A stretch of DNA of 64,000 nt from Alkalispirochaeta sp. (lineage in GTDB: Bacteria > Spirochaetota > Spirochaetia > DSM-27196 > Alkalispirochaetaceae): positions 2,147,222 to 2,211,221 of the forward strand of contig OZ271836.1 in the NCBI GenBank assembly GCA_965601745.1, given 5' to 3'. The notes under the pieces are model-generated. The model was given only the letters and a program-made list of their open reading frames with translations. It did not search any database and had not been told where the DNA came from. The stretch's first letter is position 1, and every line of letters begins with the position of its first letter. Positions 8,606-16,780 of this stretch are shown in pieces. Both the position numbers and the translations under genes were made by a program.

Positions 8606-10603
8606 CTACAAGAGCTGGACGGGGTCTATATCGATCTCCAGGTAGACCGACCTCAATCGCTTGTCGCCGCGGAACCACGCGTTGAGGCGCCCGCAGGCGT
8701 CAACCAGGCTGGAGAGCGCAGCTGTCCGCAGGAGAACTTGGAACCGCCAGTTCCGACTGATCCGCTCGAGGAGCGCCGGCGCGGGTCCGAGAACATCGAT
8801 ATCCCGTCCGTAGCTTTGAGCTTCACTCGCAACGAGTCGAGCGCCGCTCTCGACTCGATCGCGATCGGTACCACGTATAACGAGGCGGGCAAGTCTCATA
8901 AACGGCGGAAATCCGAGTTCCCGGCGGATCGCGAGTTCCTCGCGATAAAAATCGCTCAGCTGCAACTTGACCGCGTGCCGAATCGCCGAGTGTTCGGGTC
9001 TGAGCGTCTGTACGATTACCTCCCCATCGTCACGAAAGCGGCCGGCGCGGCCGGCTACTTGGACGATCAGGGCAAAACTTCTCTCGGCAGCGCGGAAATC
9101 CGGGAGGCTCAAACCGGTATCGGCGGAAATGATGCCGACCGTGCGGACGCCGGGAAAGTTGAGACCCTTGGCGACGATCTGGGTACCGAGAAGCACATCG
9201 ATCTCACCGGCGGCAAACGAGTTAATGATGCCCCGCAACGCGCCGCGTTTGCGCGTGACATCGGTATCGAGGCGGGCGACCGTCAATTGGGGGAAGAGCC
9301 GGCCCATCTCCTCTTCGACTCGCTCCGTTCCAAACGAGAAGTACCCGACGTCCAGCGAGTGACAGCTCGGGCACACTTCGATCGGCGGCTCGGTGCGACC
9401 ACAGTAATGACAGACCATGAGGTTTTTGTCTTTGTGGTAGGTCATCGGGACGGAACAATGAGCACATTCGGTCTGGTACCCGCAACTCTTGCAGTAAAAC
9501 GTCCCGGCATACCCGCGGCGATTGAGGAACAGAATACTCTGTGCCCCGCGACGATGGGATTCTGCAATCGAATCGGCGAGTGGCGGTGATATCAATCCGG
9601 CGACGGCACGCTGGTTGACAACGGTCATCCGCGGTATCGACCCGCCGGATAGACGTCGACTGAGAACGAGGCGCTTAAGACGGCCGCTCTCCATCAAGTG
9701 CCACGCCTCTACCGAGGGAGTGGCGGACCCCATGACACACGCCGCTCCGCTATCAAGCGTTCGACGCATCGCCACCTGACGGGCGTGGTATCGGGGGGCG
9801 TTTCCCGATTTGTACGAGCCCTCATGCTCCTCGTCAATAACGATGAGGCCGAGATCCCTGACGGGAGCGAACACGGCACTCCGCGCGCCGACAACGAGCC
9901 GAGCATCACCGCGCGCGATGCGCATCCATTCACCAAAGCGCTGTGCCGGAGTAATTCCCGAGTGGAGCATCGCGGCGTGCTCTCCAAAGCGACCGGCGAT
10001 GTGTTCAAATAGTTGATGAGTAAGGGCTATCTCCGGCACAAGGTAGATTACGGATCGACCCGCCGCGATCTCTCGTTCGGCGAGGCGAAGGAACACCTCC
10101 GTTTTTCCCGATCCGGTAATCCCATAGAGGTAGTACCACGCCTCCTCGCCTTTTTCTTTTGGCGGCGTCACGGCGGCAATCGCCGCGTCCTGCTCGTCGG
10201 AGAGCGTGATGTCGCCGGGGATCTCTACAGGTTCGTCGCCGCTGAGCTCGGGGAGCGATTTTTCCCGGCGCCCGCTCGGAAGCATCGCCGACAAGGTCTC
10301 GCCAAGGCTGGTGCTGTATGTTCGCGCAATCCACCGGGCGAGGTCGAAATAGCCGGTATCGACGAGCGGCGTAGGATCGACAACCCGCGAGAGCGGTTTG
10401 AGCTGTTGTGGAGCTCCGTCGCCCGCACCCTGAGCGACGACAACGCCGTTGAGCGTCCGCGCGCCAAACGGGACCGTGACGCGAACGCCCGGCTCCGGGA
10501 TCGCCAAGTCACTCGGAACGAGGTACGAAAAGAGCGAGTCAATAGGGACCGGGATCGCAACCTGAACGGCGCGTGATCGAAGGTCTTCTACCTGAGAGCT
10601 CAT
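8606..10603 (-). CDS. priA: Primosomal protein N' (replication restart helicase)
   Basis: 665 aa with Walker A GITGSGKT, DEEH box and the Cys-rich zinc-binding insertion (CKSCGY...CAHC...CHYCG...CPSC). Confidence 0.95.
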   Translation of the reverse strand: MSSQVEDLRSRAVQVAIPVPIDSLFSYLVPSDLAIPEPGVRVTVPFGARTLNGVVVAQGAGDGAPQQLKPLSRVVDPTPLVDTGYFDLARWIARTYSTSLGETLSAMLPSGRREKSLPELSGDEPVEIPGDITLSDEQDAAIAAVTPPKEKGEEAWYYLYGITGSGKTEVFLRLAEREIAAGRSVIYLVPEIALTHQLFEHIAGRFGEHAAMLHSGITPAQRFGEWMRIARGDARLVVGARSAVFAPVRDLGLIVIDEEHEGSYKSGNAPRYHARQVAMRRTLDSGAACVMGSATPSVEAWHLMESGRLKRLVLSRRLSGGSIPRMTVVNQRAVAGLISPPLADSIAESHRRGAQSILFLNRRGYAGTFYCKSCGYQTECAHCSVPMTYHKDKNLMVCHYCGRTEPPIEVCPSCHSLDVGYFSFGTERVEEEMGRLFPQLTVARLDTDVTRKRGALRGIINSFAAGEIDVLLGTQIVAKGLNFPGVRTVGIISADTGLSLPDFRAAERSFALIVQVAGRAGRFRDDGEVIVQTLRPEHSAIRHAVKLQLSDFYREELAIRRELGFPPFMRLARLVIRGTDRDRVESGARLVASEAQSYGRDIDVLGPAPALLERISRNWRFQVLLRTAALSSLVDACGRLNAWFRGDKRLRSVYLEIDIDPVQLL

Positions 10604-11352
10604 TCGGAGAGGTCGCCCGCGTCGTGACCCGCGTTATCGATCAACCAATTGCGCACGCGCTTGAGATCCTCCCATACGGGACGACGATACTCGGATCGGC
10701 GGAGAACGGCGCTCGGGTGAAACGTCGGCACGAGCGGAATACCTCGATATGAGAAAAACGTCCCGTGGATTTGCGTTATTCGTCCGTGACTCCCGCTGAG
10801 GAGCCCCATGCTTATACGCCCGACGGTGACGATCATTTTGGGACGGACGAGATCGATTTGCCGGTCGAGATACGGACGGCACGCGTCGCTTTCGCTCTGC
10901 TCGGGATCGCGATTCTGCGGCGGGCGACACTTAACGATGTTGGCGATGTAAACGTTTGTACGGCGATCCAAACCGATCGATTCCAACCATTTATCGAGAT
11001 ACTGGCCGGCTCGACCGACAAAGGGCCGCCCGTCGCGATCCTCCTGCGCGCCGGGGCCCTCGCCAACGATCATCACGAGGGGATCAAGAACTCCCTCGCC
11101 GGGAACGGCGTTTGTCCGCGTCGAGGATAGGGGACACAAGGTGCACGTTCGGATTTCCTCGGCCAGTCGAGTAAGGCGTCGTTGGCGTTCCTCGAAGGTC
11201 ATGAGGTCACCCTCGTGGGTCTCACCATATCCGGGAAGCGCCTCGACCCGCGCGTCGAACGAGGGATGTCGCTTTTTTATCCCGCCGGACAGGAGATCGC
11301 CTGCGTTAGTCGTGAGATCAAAGAGTTCACGGATTGTCCGATCCTTATCCAT
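10600..11352 (-). CDS. Uracil-DNA glycosylase, family 4
   Basis: Start set at ATG (complement 11350-11352, MDKDRTI...) because the longer ORF overlaps truA. Family-4 motifs are present (CTLCPL, GEGPGAQED, HPS). ATGA overlap with the priA start. Confidence 0.85.
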   Translation of the reverse strand: MDKDRTIRELFDLTTNAGDLLSGGIKKRHPSFDARVEALPGYGETHEGDLMTFEERQRRLTRLAEEIRTCTLCPLSSTRTNAVPGEGVLDPLVMIVGEGPGAQEDRDGRPFVGRAGQYLDKWLESIGLDRRTNVYIANIVKCRPPQNRDPEQSESDACRPYLDRQIDLVRPKMIVTVGRISMGLLSGSHGRITQIHGTFFSYRGIPLVPTFHPSAVLRRSEYRRPVWEDLKRVRNWLIDNAGHDAGDLSE

Positions 11353-12109
11353 CGTCGTACTCCACGTCGTGCAGAAACAGGCCGTTTGGCGGCGCGCTGT
11401 TGCCGGCCAGCGACCGATCGCCCGACGCCAGGATCTCCGCGAGCGAGTCTGCGGGTTCTCGTCCACGTAGGCGTTCACTCTCACGCTCGACGAGCGTGCC
11501 GACGATCGAACGGACCATTCGGCGTAAAAATCCGTCGGCGCCGATCGCAAATTCGATCTCGTCCGCGTTATTCCTTCGAAAATGGGCGTAGAAAACCCGT
11601 CGTACCGTGCTCATCCCCTCCTCGGGGGCCATCGCAAACGCGCTGTAGTCGTGTTCGCCGACGAGAATTGCGGCCTCACGATTGGCCCGGTCCAAATCGG
11701 GATCGCGCGAGAGTCGCCACGCGTAGCGGCGCCGGTGCGGGTAGAAGTACGCCGCGTAGTAGAGATAGTACCGATAATGGCGTACCCGGGCATCATAGCG
11801 GGCGTGAAATCCGCTCGGCACTTCACGCGCCGCCAGCGCGCGTACGTCACGAGGAAGGGCACTGTTAACCGCCTCGGGAAACGATTCGATCGGTATCGTA
11901 TCCCGATCGGAGTCAAACGAAACGTACTGCGCCCGCGCGTGAACCCCGGAATCGGTACGTCCGGCGGCAACGATCGGGATCGGGTGTCCGTGGATCGCGG
12001 CGAGCGCTTCCTCGACCGTTCCCTGGACGGTACGACCTTCTCTCTGCACCTGATATCCGCAAAAGTCGGTACCGTCGTACGCGATACGCAGGAGAATGCG
12101 GCGGATCAT
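11345..12109 (-). CDS. truA: tRNA pseudouridine(38-40) synthase
   Basis: 254 aa, RIAYDGTDFCGYQVQ ... AAGRTDSGVHA catalytic Asp motif. Confidence 0.95.
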   Translation of the reverse strand: MIRRILLRIAYDGTDFCGYQVQREGRTVQGTVEEALAAIHGHPIPIVAAGRTDSGVHARAQYVSFDSDRDTIPIESFPEAVNSALPRDVRALAAREVPSGFHARYDARVRHYRYYLYYAAYFYPHRRRYAWRLSRDPDLDRANREAAILVGEHDYSAFAMAPEEGMSTVRRVFYAHFRRNNADEIEFAIGADGFLRRMVRSIVGTLVERESERLRGREPADSLAEILASGDRSLAGNSAPPNGLFLHDVEYDDG

Positions 12110-12969
12110 TCCTCGGGATCAACCACAGCTTCGCCAAGCTCCTTGGCGATCGATTCGTAGACGTCGCGGGCGTTATCGAGGATCGCCGCCGGTTTATTTT
12201 TACTGGCTCGCCCGTGGCCAAATATCCGGGCGACGGTACGCTTGGCGCGATTGAGCGCCTCATGGCGTTTTGTCTCATCCCCGCGCGGGCCGTATTCAAA
12301 CTCGAGGAGTCCACTTAAATAAAGGACGCCGTCGTATCCGTAGTTCTTGTCCAGATCCGGTCCGAGAGACTTTGCCCCCGACAACGGTTGGGATCCGTCC
12401 TGCTCTCCCTCTACCGCGCGGGAGTAGTAGTAACGAGCCTTTCGATAGAACACCGCGGCGAGGTAATCGTAGTTTTCGTTTGGCTGCTTGGCATGGAGAT
12501 CCGCGCACAGCCAGGCGGCGCGGAGCTGCGAAACGCCGGACTTAAACAGCGGCGAAAACTGTTTTGGAAAATGCTCGTAACAGGTCGTCGCCAGAAGATA
12601 GCTCGCGATCCCCTCCTCAAGCCGCCGCGGCTCGGTGTAGTCGAGCCCGGGGAGAATCTCGTTGGCCATTTCCTGGCGCATGTCGGTGTCGTGGTTGACC
12701 TCGTCCTGAGCGTTCTCCGGTATCTGCAGAAAGTCGTCGGAATACGCTGCGTAGTAGCAATTCGGACACACGGTTATCGGATATATCAGCGGATAAACCT
12801 CGCCGAACTGCTTGGACGGCTCGTAGTGACGTCTGAGTTCCCGCGTGAGATTACCGGCTATCTGCCGACCGCGTCCGGTACGCATCTCTTCCCGATAGAT
12901 CTGCGTTTCGCAGATCGGACACTCGATCGGCGTTTTTTGAAAGAAGGTCAGTCCCGATTTGGCCGCCAT
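12106..12969 (-). CDS. DUF2225-family protein
   Basis: 287 aa. N-terminal CPICE...CPNC zinc-ribbon followed by a helical region, as in DUF2225. ATGA overlap with truA. Confidence 0.8.
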   Translation of the reverse strand: MAAKSGLTFFQKTPIECPICETQIYREEMRTGRGRQIAGNLTRELRRHYEPSKQFGEVYPLIYPITVCPNCYYAAYSDDFLQIPENAQDEVNHDTDMRQEMANEILPGLDYTEPRRLEEGIASYLLATTCYEHFPKQFSPLFKSGVSQLRAAWLCADLHAKQPNENYDYLAAVFYRKARYYYSRAVEGEQDGSQPLSGAKSLGPDLDKNYGYDGVLYLSGLLEFEYGPRGDETKRHEALNRAKRTVARIFGHGRASKNKPAAILDNARDVYESIAKELGEAVVDPEE

Positions 12970-12978
12970 GGTGTCCCC

Positions 12979-13350
12979 CTACGCCTCTATTACGACCATC
13001 GCGATCGCGTTTTCCTGTTCGTGGGTCAATGAGAGCCACAGAACGGACCCGCCTACCCGTCTAAGTGCCCGTTCGGCCCGACCGGTGACCCGCAGAACGG
13101 GTTTGCCAAGTGCATCGTTTACAACCCAAACCTCACGGAGACCAAACCCCTTAAAACCGGTTCCCAGCGCCTTGGCAAACGCCTCCTTGGCTGCAAAACG
13201 GGCGGCCAAGGACAACGCCGCCCCATCCTTCCGCTCGTAGATCGCCTCCCGTTCCTCGGGGGCAAAAAATCGATGTAGCAGGTCGCGGTCCTCAAGCCAA
13301 CGCCGCATCCGTTCTACCGCCACGACGTCGATACCGATTCCGCGAATCAT
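12979..13350 (-). CDS. acpS: Holo-[acyl-carrier-protein] synthase
   Basis: 123 aa, GIGIDVV...AARFAAKEAFAKALG motif. Confidence 0.9.
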   Translation of the reverse strand: MIRGIGIDVVAVERMRRWLEDRDLLHRFFAPEEREAIYERKDGAALSLAARFAAKEAFAKALGTGFKGFGLREVWVVNDALGKPVLRVTGRAERALRRVGGSVLWLSLTHEQENAIAMVVIEA

Positions 13351-14285
13351 GGCGCGTCCTCGATAAGAAGGACGACCGACGTCGGTTCATAACGTAAAAC
13401 CACAAAACCGGGAGGAACCACCGGTCGGACCGGTAGCCGGACAGAGCCGCTGTCGGCAACGCGAGCGGCGTCCACCTGCAGCTGAAGCTCGCTGGGCTCG
13501 AGTCCTTCAAGGTCGATCTCTCGTACCTGAACGCGGATCAGCCCTCCGGGCAGGTCCTGGCCAAGTCGCAATCCCGAAGCGAGACCGGTAACCAGAATAT
13601 CGACCGGCTCAAATGTCTGGAGCACGACCGCTTCGTCAACGATACCACGCACTTCGACGATCTCTCCGCCGGGGAATACGACGAGCGGATCGGGTCGGGC
13701 GATACGAACGCGCTCGGTAAAGTCCTCGCGACGCGTCGATAGATCGATATCCTCGGTACGAAGCGTATCAATCGCCTCGACACGACTCCGCGGTCCTTCA
13801 ATCTCCACTGATGACGGTGTGGTGATGATTTGGACAAGCTCATAACCGGATGGGGGAAAACCGCTTGTCCCGGACTCGACGACCACGCTTTTCAGGAGTT
13901 TCTCCTCGAGGACAACGAGAATCGATTCCGGGTCAACCTGAATCTCGATCGTCGTGTCGGTACCTGCGCGTCGATCGACACGCACGGGGATCCGGTACTC
14001 GCCCTCGCCGGATACGTTGCGCACATCGGCGGATGCACGCAAATCGGTTTCGGCAACGCGAAATACGCTCTCGGACTCGCCCCGCAACCTGACCCGAACC
14101 TCGGTCGGGTACTCGGCGGCGGGCATCAGCTGTTCGGTGAGTTCGATTTCGAGAGGAATCGTGAGAAAGCGCTCTTCGAGCCTGGTGATATCGTGAAAAA
14201 CGAGCAGAATGAGGGCGCCGGCTACCGAGAGAATTTTGGCAGGCCAATGACGAAACAAGCGGGTGATAAACGCGTCAATCTTCAA
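13347..14285 (-). CDS. YbbR-domain protein (CdaR-like regulator of the diadenylate cyclase)
   Basis: 312 aa with an N-terminal TM helix and repeated YbbR-like beta domains. Directly downstream of and overlapping cdaA. TTG start. Confidence 0.8.
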   Translation of the reverse strand: MKIDAFITRLFRHWPAKILSVAGALILLVFHDITRLEERFLTIPLEIELTEQLMPAAEYPTEVRVRLRGESESVFRVAETDLRASADVRNVSGEGEYRIPVRVDRRAGTDTTIEIQVDPESILVVLEEKLLKSVVVESGTSGFPPSGYELVQIITTPSSVEIEGPRSRVEAIDTLRTEDIDLSTRREDFTERVRIARPDPLVVFPGGEIVEVRGIVDEAVVLQTFEPVDILVTGLASGLRLGQDLPGGLIRVQVREIDLEGLEPSELQLQVDAARVADSGSVRLPVRPVVPPGFVVLRYEPTSVVLLIEDAP

Positions 14286-15084
14286 GCGCCTCTACCTCTT
14301 CCAGCCGTGGCGCCGGTGTCCCGGTCGAGTCGAGTAGTTGCTCGAGCTGCTCGCGAACTTCCTCGATAGTGAGGTCGTAATAAAGATTTGCATCGTACGC
14401 GAGGCTCACCGCTCCGGTCTCTTCGCTGACAATTACGACAACGGCGTCGCCCTCCTCAGCCAATCCCAACGCGGCCCGGTGACGGGTTCCGAAACTCCGG
14501 CGCACGTCGGTCTGCTCGGAGAGCGGGAGAAAGCACCCGGCCGACGCAATCCGGCCGTTTTCGATTACCACGGCGCCGTCGTGAAGCGCGGTATCGTGGT
14601 CGAAAATCGTCGAGAGAAGCGCGGCGCTGATCTCAGCGTCGACGGCTGTTCCCGTCTCGATAATCCCCTTCTGGCCCACCGTCCGGGTAAAGACGATGAG
14701 AGCGCCACGCTGTCGATACGACAGGTGCTGAACTGACTGCAAGACTGCGTCAAGCTGTTGCGGTCGGGAGGTCGAGGAGAACTGGAACCACCGCCCCTGG
14801 CCTATTCTCGTAAAAATCTTGCGCAGCTCGGGCTGAAAAATGATCGCCATACCGATAACGAGGCTCGGCGCGAGGAGGTTGATCAACCACAGAAGAGTCC
14901 GAAGGTTGAGGAAAAACGCGACGGCGTAGAGGACGACTAAAAATAGAGCGCCACGAATGAGCTGCACGGCGCGCGTTTGAACGAGAATTTGGTATCCGCG
15001 ATAGATGAGAAAACTGAGCAGGAGAACGTCGAGCGTTGGAAGGACGATTTCGCGAATGATCCAGATATCGCTCAAGGCTCCCAC
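14275..15084 (-). CDS. cdaA: Membrane diadenylate cyclase (DisA_N/DAC domain)
   Basis: 269 aa with three N-terminal TM helices and a DAC domain (DGAVVI, RHRAALG, VVVIVSEETG). GTG start. Confidence 0.9.
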   Translation of the reverse strand: MGALSDIWIIREIVLPTLDVLLLSFLIYRGYQILVQTRAVQLIRGALFLVVLYAVAFFLNLRTLLWLINLLAPSLVIGMAIIFQPELRKIFTRIGQGRWFQFSSTSRPQQLDAVLQSVQHLSYRQRGALIVFTRTVGQKGIIETGTAVDAEISAALLSTIFDHDTALHDGAVVIENGRIASAGCFLPLSEQTDVRRSFGTRHRAALGLAEEGDAVVVIVSEETGAVSLAYDANLYYDLTIEEVREQLEQLLDSTGTPAPRLEEVEALED

Positions 15085-15275
15085 GCGGGTCGCTCTCCTC
15101 CGTGTTGTACTCGCCCGATCGACGTCAATTAATTCGGAACCTCAGCGAACGATCGGTGTTCCCGACATTGTATACCAGAGCTTAGTCCCGGTGGTACCCA
15201 TGAACGGGGTACGTCCCCCGTCAGCTTGCGGGGAAACCGACGGATAGCTTATGAACGAACGGTTACAACAAAGGC

Positions 15276-15312
15276 AAAAAAAGAACCATGGGGCAGATGA
15301 CCCGCTCCCATG
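15276..15312 (-). terminator. Candidate intrinsic terminator after the microprotein gene
   Basis: On the minus strand, an imperfect hairpin CATGGGAGCGGGTCATCTGCCCCATGG followed by TTC-TTTTTTT. The stem has a bulge, so confidence is modest. Confidence 0.3.
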
Positions 15313-15367
15313 ATTCTTACTCGGGCGCACACGTACCGCGCCCATCGGTCTTTACTAGCGTCGACCG

Positions 15368-15460
15368 CTATTTCCGCTTTTTATGTCGGTTTTTTCTCAG
15401 TTTTTTCTTTCGTTTATGCGTCGCGATCTTTTTTCGCTTGCGTTTTCGTCCGCAGGGCAC
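15368..15460 (-). CDS. 30-aa hyper-basic microprotein, bS22-like (AURKAIP1/COX24-type small ribosomal protein)
   Basis: GTG start 7 nt after AAGGAG (complement of 15468-15473). Product MPCGRKRKRKKIATHKRKKKLRKNRHKKRK, stop TAG. Below the ORF-track size cut-off and hidden in the tail of shadow ORF 15368..15796. Confidence 0.6.
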   Translation of the reverse strand: MPCGRKRKRKKIATHKRKKKLRKNRHKKRK

Positions 15461-15512
15461 AGATATACTCCTTAAAAATGAGCGGTCAGTATGCGTATCG
15501 GGCCAAAGCCTG

Positions 15513-16460
15513 TCAACCGGGTGTATCGCTTCGATCGAGAAATTCCGCGACGAGGCGATAGATCGTTTTGTTGTCGTCGGCGGGTACGGAGACGAGGTCT
15601 GACAAACCGCGAAAATAGGTGCCTTGTCGCTTGGCGTATCGTCGCGTATTCCGCGCGATAAGTTTTTCGATCGCGGCACGTGTTTCGTCGGTATATGGCG
15701 GTCTTTCGCCGTTCTCAAGGAACTCGCGATACCCAATCGTCTGCAGGCCGGGATCCCCAGGTCCGTAGCCCATTTCCAATAATCGTTTAATCTCATCCGG
15801 CAAACCGGCGCCCATCATCATCCGCACGCGCGCATCTATTCGCGCATACAACTCGACCCGGTCGCGCTCCAGTTTAATCACCAGGGTATCGCCGTACCGC
15901 CGCGTTTGGCCCGTCGTAAGGAAAGACGACCGCGGGCGACCCGTTGAACGATAGACCTCGAGAGCGCGGAGGATTCGATAGTTATCGGTCGGCGCAATCG
16001 CCTGGGCAGAGACGGGATCGACACGTTTAAGCTCCTCGTGGAGGTAGAGCCCGCCGTGACGTTCTAGTTCTTGTCTGAGCTCCGCCCGGGTTTCCTCCGA
16101 CGGCTCGGGAGTCTGCGGTAATCCATGGAGAACACCACGGACATAGAACCCGGTACCGCCGGCGAGAATGGGCACACGCTGTCGCGCTCGTATCTTGGTA
16201 AAACAATTGTCGGCATCGCGGACGAATCTGCCGAGGTCGTATTGCTCACGCGGATCAACGATGTCGATAAGATGATGCGGAATTGCCGCGCGCTCGCGAG
16301 ATCCCGGCTTGGCGGTGCCGATGTCGAGGTATCTATAAACCTGACGGGAATCCGCGGATACAAGCTCAAAGATGTCGGGAAAGCGTTTGGCGATGACGTC
16401 GGTTACGATCCGCGTCTTTCCGACGCCGGTCGCACCAACGATCACCAAGAGTCGCGTCAA
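15513..16460 (-). CDS. miaA: tRNA dimethylallyltransferase
   Basis: 315 aa, P-loop GATGVGKT and DIGTAKP motif. TTG start overlapping the rpoZ stop (TTGA). Confidence 0.95.
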   Translation of the reverse strand: MTRLLVIVGATGVGKTRIVTDVIAKRFPDIFELVSADSRQVYRYLDIGTAKPGSRERAAIPHHLIDIVDPREQYDLGRFVRDADNCFTKIRARQRVPILAGGTGFYVRGVLHGLPQTPEPSEETRAELRQELERHGGLYLHEELKRVDPVSAQAIAPTDNYRILRALEVYRSTGRPRSSFLTTGQTRRYGDTLVIKLERDRVELYARIDARVRMMMGAGLPDEIKRLLEMGYGPGDPGLQTIGYREFLENGERPPYTDETRAAIEKLIARNTRRYAKRQGTYFRGLSDLVSVPADDNKTIYRLVAEFLDRSDTPG

Positions 16461-16678
16461 TCCTCCGCGATCTCGAAACGAACGGTGTTGGTGATAATTT
16501 CTGCGATCGCCGAAGAGACTACCTTATCTTGTTGCTCGTCTTCGACAATTGCGCCGTTCTCGTCCGAACTAAACGCGCGACGAATTTCGCCGAGCTGGTG
16601 GGCGCGGCGGATCGTTGCCGAGGTGAGCTCGTAGATATTACGATCGTCTTGGAGCAAGACGTCCAAAGGTATTGCCAT
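16457..16678 (-). CDS. rpoZ: DNA-directed RNA polymerase subunit omega
   Basis: 73 aa. NIYELTSATIRRAHQL matches the conserved omega helix (N-R-[YF]-x-L-x-x-x-A-x-x-R-A-x-Q-L). Confidence 0.7.
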   Translation of the reverse strand: MAIPLDVLLQDDRNIYELTSATIRRAHQLGEIRRAFSSDENGAIVEDEQQDKVVSSAIAEIITNTVRFEIAED

Positions 16679-16780
16679 GAGTCCTCCGAGCGATGAACCT
16701 ACACCAAATTAGCTCGTTGGGCAAGCTTGACGAAGGCGGACCGATTCTACAACACTCTGCGCATCACGAAGTGAGGGCAT

